Shown piece by piece: positions 53,175 through 62,847 of a stretch of DNA of 64,000 bases. The first letter of the stretch is position 1; each line of letters begins with the position of its first letter. Under the pieces are notes generated by a model. It saw nothing but the letters and a program-made list of their open reading frames with translations, did no database searches and had not been told where the DNA came from. Origin of the DNA: Clostridia bacterium (GTDB lineage Bacteria > Bacillota > Clostridia > Oscillospirales > CAG-272); contig JAFYOX010000089.1 of NCBI GenBank assembly GCA_017547755.1, forward strand, positions 1,643 through 65,642, in the 5' to 3' direction. The translations under genes were made by a program, and so were the position numbers.

Positions 53175-54938
53175 ATGAAAAATATCAGATGTTTTCTGAC
53201 CGCGCTTGTACTGATCCTCGCTTCCTTTACCGGCTGTTCTTCCGAAACAACTGAAGAAATTCTCACCGAAACCGATGTCATTGATCCGAATCAGACATCG
53301 GTTTCGGTTTCAGAGGATACAGAAAGCCCGGAAGACGCCGGAGAAGCCGCAGAAGTTGCAGAAGAACTTCCTGCGGAACCGGAAGAAGCGGAAGGATTTG
53401 TGTACGAACGCGTGGTTCTTCTCGGTGTGGACGGTGCCGGCAATTTCTTCAATAAGACCGACACGCCCAACCTTGACCGCATTTTCGAAAACGGCGCGGT
53501 CTCCTATGACGTTCTTACTTCGGATCCCACCATCAGCGCGGAATGCTGGGGATCCATGCTCCACGGCGTCACGCCCCAGTGCCACCGTCTGTCCAACTCT
53601 CTCGTCAGCTCGACGCCCTATGACCCGGAATCGGAATTCCCGTCCGCATTCCGCGTGATCCGCGAAAACGATCCCGATGCCGTTCTGGCATCGTTCTGCA
53701 ACTGGAATCCGATCAATGTCGGGATCATCGAAGATAATCTCGGCGTCCACAAGGATTCCGCCGGCGACGCGGCGCTCACCAAAAAGATCTGCGATTATGT
53801 TGCGGAAAACGATCCCACATTCCTGTTTGTCCAGTTCGACGAAGTTGACGGCGCGGGACACGGCTCCGGTTACGGCAGTGCCGCACACCTGAAGCAGATC
53901 AGCATCACCGACGGCTACATCGGCAAGATCTACGAAGCCTACGAAGAACGCGGTTTCCTTGAAACAACGCTGTTCATCGTGGCCGCCGACCACGGCGGTA
54001 CTCCCGGCGGCAGCCACGGCGGTCTTTCCGACGCGGAAAAATACGTTATGTTTGCCGCAGCGGGCAAAACCGTCGAAAAGGGAACCATCGGGGATATGGA
54101 GATCCGCGACAGCGCTTCCGTCGTTCTGCACGCACTCGGTTACGAACAGCCGGACACCTGGACGGGACGTGTTCCTTCCGGACTTTTTGAAGGCGTGGAA
54201 GCATGCGAACGCCCGGTCTACACCATCCAGTACGCCTATGAACACCGTACCCACGAATCCGTACCCACTCCGGAGATCGGCAGCGGAAATTCCGTTGTTG
54301 ACGTCCTTGGCGCGGATCGCGTGCTGACCTACCTGACGTTTGACGACAATACCGCAGACGCCGCCGGCAAAGCGGTGACTGCGGAAAAGGGCAAGCTGTA
54401 TTACGTGGACGGTTACTTCGGAAACGGCTGTAAATTCGACGACGGCTCCGTTGCCGTCAAGGATTATGCCGTTGGTACGGACAGCTTCTCCGTCTCTCTC
54501 TGGATGAAGACCGGCAGCGTCAGCTCCGACCCTGCGCTCTTCAGCAATAAAGACTGGAACAACGGATCCAACCCCGGCTATATCCTCTCTCTCCGTTCGG
54601 GTGACGTAAAGTTCAATGCCGGCAACGGCGGTACCCGTATGGACAAGGAATATCCGTTCCCGATCGACTACATGGACGGCTGGGTCCACCTGACTCTGGT
54701 CGTTGACCGCGAAGCGGGCGAAGTCCGGTTCGCTTACGACTTCGGCGAATTCATCACGGCGGAGATCCCGGCGGCGATGAAGAATTCCTCGTTTGACGCA
54801 TACAAGACGCTCTGCATCGGTCAGGACGGCACCAAGAATTATTCCGCGGCTCTTCCGGCAGTACTGGACGAATTCGTCCTCATTGACGGTGTGCTGACGG
54901 CGGACGACGTCAAGGCCCTCGCAGAACTTTATAAATGA
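53175..54938 (+). CDS. Alkaline-phosphatase-superfamily phosphodiesterase lipoprotein with a C-terminal LamG domain
   Basis: Lipobox FTGC; LLGVDG, PTISAECWGSMLHGV, DEVDGAGH, ADHGG, HGG; LamG with SDPALFSNKDW. Confidence 0.82.
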   Translation: MKNIRCFLTALVLILASFTGCSSETTEEILTETDVIDPNQTSVSVSEDTESPEDAGEAAEVAEELPAEPEEAEGFVYERVVLLGVDGAGNFFNKTDTPNLDRIFENGAVSYDVLTSDPTISAECWGSMLHGVTPQCHRLSNSLVSSTPYDPESEFPSAFRVIRENDPDAVLASFCNWNPINVGIIEDNLGVHKDSAGDAALTKKICDYVAENDPTFLFVQFDEVDGAGHGSGYGSAAHLKQISITDGYIGKIYEAYEERGFLETTLFIVAADHGGTPGGSHGGLSDAEKYVMFAAAGKTVEKGTIGDMEIRDSASVVLHALGYEQPDTWTGRVPSGLFEGVEACERPVYTIQYAYEHRTHESVPTPEIGSGNSVVDVLGADRVLTYLTFDDNTADAAGKAVTAEKGKLYYVDGYFGNGCKFDDGSVAVKDYAVGTDSFSVSLWMKTGSVSSDPALFSNKDWNNGSNPGYILSLRSGDVKFNAGNGGTRMDKEYPFPIDYMDGWVHLTLVVDREAGEVRFAYDFGEFITAEIPAAMKNSSFDAYKTLCIGQDGTKNYSAALPAVLDEFVLIDGVLTADDVKALAELYK

Positions 54939-54959
54939 TGTGAATCAGAAAGGAACGAT

Positions 54960-56441
54960 ATGAAAAAGTTAATTTCTTTCTCTCTCGCCCTGCTGTTTGT
55001 TCTTCTTTCCGCTGCGGGCTGCAGCGATGCAACGCAGGAACCGGAAGAAACCACCCCTGTGATCACGACAAATGATCCGGCGGCGGAACTGGAACTGGAA
55101 ACGGAATCGCTCACCCCCTTCTGGGATGCGGCGGAAAAGGTCGACCTTCAGGGGATCACGCTCAACGCAAGCTGTGAAAACTATGACTCCAACTTCTACA
55201 ATGTCCTTGACTGGGACGAACTGACCGGCGAACGTCTGAACGACGCAGTTTACGACCGCAACCGCTATGTGGAAGAAGCGCTGAACTGTCTGTTCACCTC
55301 CGACTACGGCTCCGCGGTACAGAAGCTGGAACAGTCCTGCATCTCCGGCTCCGGCGACATCGACATGACCTACGCGCTGATGAGCAACGGCGGCAGCCTT
55401 CTCCAGAAAGGCTACCTCAAGGCGTTCAACTCCGTGGATACCATCGATATGAGCCAGCCGTTCTGGGATCAGGGCGCGATCCGCAGTCTGTCGATCCTCG
55501 GTCAGACTTTCTGCGGCATGATCGACTTCGGCTTTGACCACTACGACTCCATGTCCGTTCTGTTCTACAACGGGGAACTCGTGGAAGAATACCGTCTTGA
55601 AGACCCGTACGAGCTCTTCAAGAATCAGGAATGGACGATCGACAAGATGAAGGAACTGATCGTTGCGGTCTCCACCGACCAGAACGGTGACGGCAAATAC
55701 TCTCTTGACCGCGACGTATACGGCCTTGCGGGACGTGAATACAACTTCCAGCCGATCCTCTTTGCTTCCGGCGAACGTCTCGTCGGCTGGGATGAAGCCA
55801 ACGAAACCTTCACGTTCAACTTCACCAACGACCGTTTCCTGCAGGTCGCGGAAGGCATCGCAACCATTTACGATGAATCCGCCAACGCGGACTACGTCCA
55901 CTATTCCGACTATGACCTCGGCAGAACCGCATTCTCCGACGGACGTGTTCTCTTCTACTCCCGTCTTCTCGGGGACTTCAAACAGCTCCGTGAGATCGAA
56001 GACGACTACGGTGTGATCTGCTTCCCGCGCTATGACTATACCAACCAGGATACCTCCTATTTCGTTCAGAATCCGACCACGCTGTTCCTGCCGATCGTTG
56101 TCGGCGATGACAACCGCGACGGAGAAGGCGACTTCAACGAAATCGGCGTATTCCTTCAGGCAGTCGGCGCATATACGCTCGATGTAACGCTCAATGAATA
56201 CATTGAAAATGCTGTCATCGGTAAGGGTATGCGTGACCAGAACTCGGCAGATATGGTTCGTGTCATGATGCAGAACCGTAATTTCGACCTGACGCAGGCG
56301 TTCTCCTTCCCGAACATGGCAAGCGGTCTTTACACCTGTATCAAGTCCAACTCCGGCTATGCTTCCGTTGGCAAGAAGCTGGAACGTTCCTTCGGCAAGC
56401 TCTCCGACAAGATCGTCGAAGAAGTCAAGGAACATCAGTGA
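54960..56441 (+). CDS. Extracellular solute-binding lipoprotein (same family as 11493-13004)
   Basis: Lipobox AAGC; GERLNDAVYDRN, IDMSQPFWDQ, EWTIDKM, DYGVICFPRY, RDQNSADMV. Confidence 0.8.
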   Translation: MKKLISFSLALLFVLLSAAGCSDATQEPEETTPVITTNDPAAELELETESLTPFWDAAEKVDLQGITLNASCENYDSNFYNVLDWDELTGERLNDAVYDRNRYVEEALNCLFTSDYGSAVQKLEQSCISGSGDIDMTYALMSNGGSLLQKGYLKAFNSVDTIDMSQPFWDQGAIRSLSILGQTFCGMIDFGFDHYDSMSVLFYNGELVEEYRLEDPYELFKNQEWTIDKMKELIVAVSTDQNGDGKYSLDRDVYGLAGREYNFQPILFASGERLVGWDEANETFTFNFTNDRFLQVAEGIATIYDESANADYVHYSDYDLGRTAFSDGRVLFYSRLLGDFKQLREIEDDYGVICFPRYDYTNQDTSYFVQNPTTLFLPIVVGDDNRDGEGDFNEIGVFLQAVGAYTLDVTLNEYIENAVIGKGMRDQNSADMVRVMMQNRNFDLTQAFSFPNMASGLYTCIKSNSGYASVGKKLERSFGKLSDKIVEEVKEHQ

Positions 56442-56472
56442 TCCGAAAAAATCCAATAGCACCTGACCACCC

Positions 56473-56508
56473 GACGGGATATCTTTCACAGATGTCCCGT
56501 CTTTTTTT
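56473..56508 (+). terminator. Intrinsic terminator
   Basis: GACGGGATATCT-TTCAC-AGATGTCCCGTC-TTTTTTT. Confidence 0.8.
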
Positions 56509-56533
56509 CGGCTCCGGAATGTGAAATTCCGGC

Positions 56534-56562
56534 TTGACTTCCGCTTTCCGGGGGTGTATACT
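56534..56562 (+). promoter_or_regulatory. sigma-A promoter of the GH92 gene
   Basis: TTGACT-N17-TATACT. Confidence 0.6.
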
Positions 56563-56600
56563 GTTTTCAGTAATAAAATCGGATCAAGGAGAATCAGATT

Positions 56601-58841
56601 ATGCAGAACGTAAGCAGATATGTCAGCACGAAGATCGGGACGATCGGCGATATGACCACGACAAGCTGTCACGGCGGCGGCAAAACCCATCCGGGCGCGG
56701 TGTGCCCGTTCGGAATGGTCGCTTTCGGACCGGATACCCTCGAAGGCGGCGACAACGGCTCCGGATACAGCTATCACCATACCACGATCGACGGTTTTTC
56801 CATCAACCATATGTCCGGTGTGGGCTGGTACGGCGACCTCGGGAACTTTCAGGTCATGCCGACCACAGGCGAGCTGAACCTTCTTTCCGGAACGTACCGC
56901 GATGCCCTGACGACCCGGGATGACCGCGGATACGAATCCGATTTCCGCCACGAAACCGAAGTGACCGAAGCGGGATATTACGCAGTCACGCTCGATACAT
57001 ACGGGATCCGTGCGGAAACCACGTCGTCCGTTCATACCGGTATGATCCGCATGACCTATCCGGCGGATACCCGCCGCCGGGTACAGATCAATCTGGCTCG
57101 ACGCATCGCAGGACGTTCGCCTCTGCAGGAACTGCAGATCTTGGACGGACACACCATCGAAGGACGTATCCACTGTCCGTCCACACACGGCGGCTTCGGA
57201 CGCGGCGGCGGTCACGTGAATTACGACCTGTATTTCCACGCGGAATTTTCCGAAGCGTGGGATGAAAACGGCGTATGGAACTATCATTCGGAAGCGGAAA
57301 GCGGTGTCGAATATACCGGGGAAGAACTCTGGTTCTACGCGGAATTCCCGGAGGGAGATCAGCCGATCGTGCTGAAGGTCGGGATCTCCTACATCAATAT
57401 CGAAGGTGCGCGGTACAATTTCGCGGCGGAAGCGGTGGACGTTTCCTTTGACGAAATGCACGCGCAGGCTACGGCGGCATGGGATGAAGCGCTGTCGGTC
57501 ATTTCCGTGGACGATACCAGAGATGACGCGGACATGCGCACTGTCTTCTACACCACACTCTATCATGCGCTTCTCGACCCGCGCGTATATTCGGATGCGA
57601 ACGGCAATTATCTTTCCGCCGACGGTACGATCCGCCATACGGAAAGCTTCGCCAAGCGCACCGTCTTCAGTGGATGGGACGTTTTCCGGAGCGAATTCCC
57701 CCTGCTCACGATCATCAGGCCCGATGCCGTCAACGATATGATCAACTCCCTCATCGATATTGCGGAATACGAAAACGTCTCGTTCCCGCGCTGGGAGCTT
57801 CTCGGTCACGAGACCGGCTGTATGCTCGGTGACCCAGGGATCGTCGTGACGGTGGACGCCTACAAGAAGGGGATCCGCAATTTTGACGCGGACAAGGCGT
57901 ATGAGATCTGTCTGAAGACCGTCTTTGATCCGCAGTCAAAGCGTACCAGCGGTGAGGCGTACAACCGGTACGGCTACGTCCCCGGCAATATTTCCGCGAC
58001 TCTCGAAAATGTATATGCCGACCACTGCATCGCTCTGTTCGCGGAAATGCGCGGCGACGAAGAAAATGCGGCACGGTTCAGAGAACGTGCGCAGAATTAC
58101 CGGAATATCTTCTCCCATGAAGTCGGCTGGATGCGCCGGAAGGACGAAAACGGCAATTGGGCGGAATGGAAGGGCATCTACGACGGTTCCGGCTGCACGG
58201 AAAGCAATATTTTCCAGCAGACATGGTTTGTTCCGCACGATCCTCAGGGGCTGATTGCGCTGATGGGAAAGGAAAAATTCCTTGAAAATCTTGACCGCCT
58301 TATGGAGGAAAGCGATCTCTCCGCCATGTGGAACGAAGCGTACAACCATCCGAACGAGCCCTGCCATCACCTCGTTCACATCTTCACGGATGCGGGACAG
58401 CCGCACAAGACCCAGTACTGGGTGCGCCGGATCCAGAAGGAATCGTACAATACCACCGAATACGGTTTCTGCGGCAACGAAGACGTCGGACAGATGTCCG
58501 CATGGTTCGCGCTGACCGCGCTCGGCTTCCATATGATGTCTCCCGGAAGCGGTATTTTCCATGTGAATACGCCTCTGTTCCGCCGCGCGGAAATCCGTCT
58601 TTCGAACGAATACCACGCACGTACCGCCGCCGATACGCTGGTGATCGAGTGTGACCGCGATCCCGAAACGAACGTCTATATCCGCGGGATCGACGTCAAC
58701 GGCGTTCCCGTTTCCCGTGCATGGCTCACGTGGGACGAGATCGCATCCGGCGGCGTGATCACCTATCATCTTACGGACACGCCGGACGACTCCTGGGTGA
58801 CCGAGCTTCCGCCGTCCGTCAGCCCTGTTTCGGAAAACTGA
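56601..58841 (+). CDS. GH92 alpha-mannosidase (no signal peptide)
   Basis: PGAVCPFGMV, GFS..HMSGVG, FYTTLYH, SGWDVFRS, SATLE, ESNIFQ, HPNEP, GNEDVGQMSAW. Confidence 0.92.
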   Translation: MQNVSRYVSTKIGTIGDMTTTSCHGGGKTHPGAVCPFGMVAFGPDTLEGGDNGSGYSYHHTTIDGFSINHMSGVGWYGDLGNFQVMPTTGELNLLSGTYRDALTTRDDRGYESDFRHETEVTEAGYYAVTLDTYGIRAETTSSVHTGMIRMTYPADTRRRVQINLARRIAGRSPLQELQILDGHTIEGRIHCPSTHGGFGRGGGHVNYDLYFHAEFSEAWDENGVWNYHSEAESGVEYTGEELWFYAEFPEGDQPIVLKVGISYINIEGARYNFAAEAVDVSFDEMHAQATAAWDEALSVISVDDTRDDADMRTVFYTTLYHALLDPRVYSDANGNYLSADGTIRHTESFAKRTVFSGWDVFRSEFPLLTIIRPDAVNDMINSLIDIAEYENVSFPRWELLGHETGCMLGDPGIVVTVDAYKKGIRNFDADKAYEICLKTVFDPQSKRTSGEAYNRYGYVPGNISATLENVYADHCIALFAEMRGDEENAARFRERAQNYRNIFSHEVGWMRRKDENGNWAEWKGIYDGSGCTESNIFQQTWFVPHDPQGLIALMGKEKFLENLDRLMEESDLSAMWNEAYNHPNEPCHHLVHIFTDAGQPHKTQYWVRRIQKESYNTTEYGFCGNEDVGQMSAWFALTALGFHMMSPGSGIFHVNTPLFRRAEIRLSNEYHARTAADTLVIECDRDPETNVYIRGIDVNGVPVSRAWLTWDEIASGGVITYHLTDTPDDSWVTELPPSVSPVSEN

Positions 58842-58870
58842 ACTCATATCGATCGGGAATAAAACGACAG

Positions 58871-58906
58871 AAAACCCCGGATTCCAGAAAAGAATCCGGG
58901 GTTTTT
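58871..58906. terminator. Bidirectional intrinsic terminator
   Basis: AAAACCCCGGATTC-CAGAAAA-GAATCCGGGGTTTTT. Confidence 0.8.
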
Positions 58907-58920
58907 GCTGTGGTGAAAGT

Positions 58921-60750
58921 TCAGTTTTCTTCCGATCCGGCGCACGATTCCGCATGATCGATCGCGATATAGGCGAGAAGTCCGCCCCAGTGATAGAATT
59001 TGTCGCTGTTGCTGACGCCGCATCCCATGCCGTCGATGCCGCTGTAATTTTCGTGGACATGACCGTGCATCCGCCATTCCTTCAGCAGGAGTTCTTCCGA
59101 TTTCGCCGCGAGATCGGCGCATTCCTTCCGCAGTCCGGCGTGTTTGATGGCAATGTAAGCAAGATAATTCGTCGGCGCCCAGATGCGTCCGCGCCAGTAG
59201 GTCTGATCGGGGAACGCGGGATCGTTTCGCGCAATGGTCGGCAGGATATAGTCGCCCCAGAATTCGTCGGGATTGTAGAAATGCTCGTCCATCATCCGGC
59301 GCTTCTGTTCTTCCGTCACACAGTCGGCGTTCAGGGCATAGAAATTTGTTGGCGAAAGACGCCCGGAGAGGGAACCGTCCCGCAGATCCTTGTTGAGGAA
59401 GCAGCCGGTCTTTTCGTCCCAGAGGGTGGACAATGCCGCTTCGACGTGGTTTTTCCGGGCTTCCAGTTCCGGAATGACGTCTTCGTTTTCCGTGATCCGC
59501 GCAAGCTCGATTAGGCTGCGGCAGTCGAGGATGTACAGACCCATCAGCCCGACGTCCGCGAGAAGCATGATGTTCCGTTCCGGATCAAAGTCCATGCCGT
59601 CGTACATCGGGGAGTTGTCAAGACCGCTTTCCAGAGCCGCACCGGAGGTGCAGTGGACGCTGTTCAGCTCCCAGTACCGTCCGTGGATAGGATCAAACGG
59701 ATCGGAACCCCAGCAGAGATAGCCTTCCTCCGTCATCCGGTGACCGGCGAACCAGCGGTTCCAGCCGAGAAGCGTCGGGAAGACGTGTTCCGCAAACCAA
59801 CGTTCGGGATAACGTCTGTAAATTTCCAGACAGACGAACGAGCCGACCGGCGGTTGGGAACGGTCGTAGGATTTTCCGCTGTGGTTGCAGCCGAAATTCG
59901 GTATGAAGCCTGCCGGAGTCACTTCTTCGGTGATCGCAATGGCGTTGAGCTGTGCCAGTTCCTTGTTTTCAAGCGACGCCATGAGTGCCGCGAAGTAGGT
60001 GTCCCAGTCGAACAGGACATAGCCGCCCCAGCCGACATTCCAGATGCGGGAGACCGGCGAACAGATGCGGTCGTGTTCGCATTCGTAGATCGTATCCCAC
60101 GCGAGGCAGGTTTTCATGGCGGTATAAGCTTCGGAATGCTCGCCGAAGGCGTTGTTTTCTGCGTCCAGACGTGCTTTGGCCGCCGCGTAGAGCGTTTCGG
60201 CTTCTTCGACGGAACAGGGTCGGGTGGAGACAACTACAGGACGGTCGAGCGAGACTGCGATATAGGGGGACAGCGAATGGGTGTGCTGTTCCGCGATCGT
60301 CGGTGAGGAGGTGTAAATGTCAAACCGGCGGCCGCCGCATTCCCCGTAAATTCTGCCGTCTTTACGGAAAATACCGCCGTCTTTGCCCCACATCAGGCAG
60401 GCTTCGATGATGAGCGTGGGTGTTTTGAAGCATCCGTCCGTCTTCGGCGTCAGCAGGATGATCTGCTCGTCCCGGTCAACGACTGTGCGCACATCGAGCG
60501 TGAGACGGTGGAAGGTCAGTTCCATCTGCGTGCAGGAACCGTCGTAGGAGCGTGCGCCCGGGATGATTTTTTCGTCGTAATCCCCGTGGCGGCCGATGAG
60601 GCTTTCGCGCAGTACCTTTGCGTCGCTGTACTCGCGGATGCAGAGATTGATCGTGAAACCTTCGGGCAGATGGGAGTAGGAAAGGACGTTCAGCGTATTC
60701 CATGTGTTCCATCCGGCGTTGGTTTTCTGTTTCAGAGCGGAATAATCCAT
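58921..60750 (-). CDS. GH63/MGH1-like (alpha/alpha)6 glycoside hydrolase
   Basis: LFDWDTYF, RSQPPVG, ESGLDNSPMYD, YWRGRIWAP, ENYS, YHWG; start MDYS after SD GGAGG. Confidence 0.8.
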   Translation of the reverse strand: MDYSALKQKTNAGWNTWNTLNVLSYSHLPEGFTINLCIREYSDAKVLRESLIGRHGDYDEKIIPGARSYDGSCTQMELTFHRLTLDVRTVVDRDEQIILLTPKTDGCFKTPTLIIEACLMWGKDGGIFRKDGRIYGECGGRRFDIYTSSPTIAEQHTHSLSPYIAVSLDRPVVVSTRPCSVEEAETLYAAAKARLDAENNAFGEHSEAYTAMKTCLAWDTIYECEHDRICSPVSRIWNVGWGGYVLFDWDTYFAALMASLENKELAQLNAIAITEEVTPAGFIPNFGCNHSGKSYDRSQPPVGSFVCLEIYRRYPERWFAEHVFPTLLGWNRWFAGHRMTEEGYLCWGSDPFDPIHGRYWELNSVHCTSGAALESGLDNSPMYDGMDFDPERNIMLLADVGLMGLYILDCRSLIELARITENEDVIPELEARKNHVEAALSTLWDEKTGCFLNKDLRDGSLSGRLSPTNFYALNADCVTEEQKRRMMDEHFYNPDEFWGDYILPTIARNDPAFPDQTYWRGRIWAPTNYLAYIAIKHAGLRKECADLAAKSEELLLKEWRMHGHVHENYSGIDGMGCGVSNSDKFYHWGGLLAYIAIDHAESCAGSEEN

Positions 60751-60786
60751 AAAAATAACCTCCGTGCTGTCAATAATACTGTACAA

Positions 60787-60815
60787 ATTATACCACAGAA
60801 CTGCCGGAAATGCAA
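60787..60815 (-). promoter_or_regulatory. sigma-A promoter of the GH63-like gene
   Basis: TTGCAT-N17-TATAAT with TGn. Confidence 0.6.
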
Positions 60816-60856
60816 GAAATTTCCGCAAAAAGAGGCACGCAACTTTTTGTACCATC

Positions 60857-60885
60857 TTGAGAATCGCCGGCGGATGTGCTATACT
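60857..60885 (+). promoter_or_regulatory. sigma-A promoter of the serine hydrolase gene
   Basis: TTGAGA-N17-TATACT with TGn. Confidence 0.55.
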
Positions 60886-60920
60886 TGGGATAAAAGATCC
60901 TTTCTGAAAGGGGAAGATTT

Positions 60921-61958
60921 ATGTACGATTATCTCGAAAAATTCACGGAGGAATACTGCCGGAACCAGCCGTTTTACGGAAATATCCGCGTGACCTCCCA
61001 CGGAAACGTTGTGTACCGGAAGTCCGTCGGCTATGCGGACCGCAACCGCGGCATCCTTCTGAACGAGGATTCCCGCTTCACATTGTATTCGCTGTCGAAG
61101 CCGTTCTGCGCGATCGCGCTTCTTCTGCTCCGCGACCGCGGTATGGCAGACATCGACCGGCATCCCGGGGAATATGTGCCCGAAGCGGCGCAGGCGGATG
61201 CACGGGTGACGCTCCGTCAGATGCTCCATCATACGAGCGGTCTGCCGGACTTTGAACAGAATCCGGAATTCTGCCGGAAATATGCACCGGCACGGCTCGA
61301 AGATCTGCGGGAACATGTGAAGATCCTGTGCGGGGAGTATCCCATGTGTTTTGAACCGGGGACGTCCGCCATGTACTGCAATGTCAATTTTACGCTCTGC
61401 GCGCTGGCGGTCGAAAACATCGCCGGGATGCCGTATCCGGAGTTTCTCCGGAAGGAGGTCCTCGAACCCTTCGGAATGAAAACCGCGCTTGTGGACCGAC
61501 AGGGACTCGTCCTTCCCGACCGTGTGCAGGGATACGACTGGGACGGAGAAAAGCTGCGTCCGGTGCCGGTCAGTTATGACTGGCTGTACGGCGCCGGAGA
61601 TCTGATCGGCTCCGAGAAGGACGTCTATTGTCTCCACGATGCCATCCGGGAACGGAAACTCCTGAAGCCGGAGACTTGGGACGAGATCCTGACGCCGTCA
61701 CCGATGAACGGGATGGGAATGGGCTGCACCGTTTCCGTCTGGCACGGAAAACGGCGGATCACCCACAACGGCGGACATACCGGCTTCCGGACCCTGCACA
61801 TTCAGCTTCCGGACGATGATTTTGACATGATCCTGCTGTCCAACTGCGGGTTCGGAGATGCACGGAATGCGTTCGCGGAAGCGGTTCACGAAGCATGGTA
61901 CGGACAGGGGAACGGGGAAAATACCGCCGTGGAGATGGACAAAGGCTACGCGAAATAA
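60921..61958 (+). CDS. Serine hydrolase, beta-lactamase/class C-like family (cytoplasmic)
   Basis: SLSK (SxxK), LHHTSGL, YCN (YxN), HNGG; no signal peptide. Confidence 0.85.
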   Translation: MYDYLEKFTEEYCRNQPFYGNIRVTSHGNVVYRKSVGYADRNRGILLNEDSRFTLYSLSKPFCAIALLLLRDRGMADIDRHPGEYVPEAAQADARVTLRQMLHHTSGLPDFEQNPEFCRKYAPARLEDLREHVKILCGEYPMCFEPGTSAMYCNVNFTLCALAVENIAGMPYPEFLRKEVLEPFGMKTALVDRQGLVLPDRVQGYDWDGEKLRPVPVSYDWLYGAGDLIGSEKDVYCLHDAIRERKLLKPETWDEILTPSPMNGMGMGCTVSVWHGKRRITHNGGHTGFRTLHIQLPDDDFDMILLSNCGFGDARNAFAEAVHEAWYGQGNGENTAVEMDKGYAK

Positions 61959-61979
61959 ATCGGAACATCCGCACCGGAT

Positions 61980-62684
61980 TCATGTCCGTTCGTTCAGACG
62001 CGAGCGGATCTCCCGCCAGTCCGGCATATACCGGTCGAGGAACGCTTCGAAATCCCGGCCGTGTCCGGGGATCTTCAGATGCGCCAGCTCGTGAAGGATG
62101 ACATATTCCAGGCATTCTTCCGGTTTTTCCGCAAGACGGAGGTTCAGCCAGACCCGGCGCGCCTTCGGATTGCATGTACCCCAGCGGGTCTTCATGTTTT
62201 TGATGTGCCACGTATCGCAGAACAGTCCGGTTTTTCTCTCCCATGCGGGAAGAAAACGCGTGATCTGTTCTTTCAGCAGACCGCGGTACCATTCGTTCAG
62301 GCAGGCTTGCCGCTGTCCGGCGGTGCTGTCGGGCTTTGCGGTCAGGATCACCGTGTCACCGTCGGAACGCACGGACGGTTTTCCCGTACCGGATTCCACG
62401 GACAGACGGTACGGTCTGCCGAAGAGGTACAGCATTTCCCCGGAGGTGTACTGCGGTTCCGGACGGTGCGGGATTTCTGCGAGTTTTTTCTGTGTCATGA
62501 GGATCCAGTCCTTTTTTTCGCGGACAAACGCCGCCGCTTTCTCGTTGGTGAAGCCGAGCGGCACGGACAGACGGACTCTGCCGTCCGGCGGCAGGACATA
62601 GAGGTGCAGGTTTTTGATCTTTTTTCTCTGGATTTCGACGGGGATCCCGTCGATTTCAAGGATCGTCTGTTTTTGTTTCGTCAT
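61980..62684 (-). CDS. YgjP/DUF45-like zinc metalloprotein (M48/SprT-like)
   Basis: RKKIKNLHL, KTRWGTC, LNLRL, YVILHELAHL...H..F. Confidence 0.85.
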   Translation of the reverse strand: MTKQKQTILEIDGIPVEIQRKKIKNLHLYVLPPDGRVRLSVPLGFTNEKAAAFVREKKDWILMTQKKLAEIPHRPEPQYTSGEMLYLFGRPYRLSVESGTGKPSVRSDGDTVILTAKPDSTAGQRQACLNEWYRGLLKEQITRFLPAWERKTGLFCDTWHIKNMKTRWGTCNPKARRVWLNLRLAEKPEECLEYVILHELAHLKIPGHGRDFEAFLDRYMPDWREIRSRLNERT

Positions 62685-62729
62685 CGGTTTCAGTCTCCGA
62701 ACGGATGAACTGAGAAGATATATGATTTC

Positions 62730-62798
62730 ATTATACGCGGAATCCGGCGGTTCGTCAACCGCAAGTGCTTGACAGACTGGCAAAAAATGCGATATAAT
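62730..62798. promoter_or_regulatory. Back-to-back sigma-A promoters
   Basis: Minus: TTGACG-N17-TATAAT (62758-62730); plus: TTGACA-N18-TATAAT (62769-62798). Confidence 0.6.
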
Positions 62799-62847
62799 GA
62801 AAGAAAACGGCGCAGTCCGGAACATTTTTTATCAGGAGGAACGAAGA

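Noticed and set aside
60921-61958. Antibiotic-resistance beta-lactamase
   Set aside because: No signal peptide and only generic SxxK/YxN/HxG motifs shared by esterases and peptidases; resistance cannot be claimed
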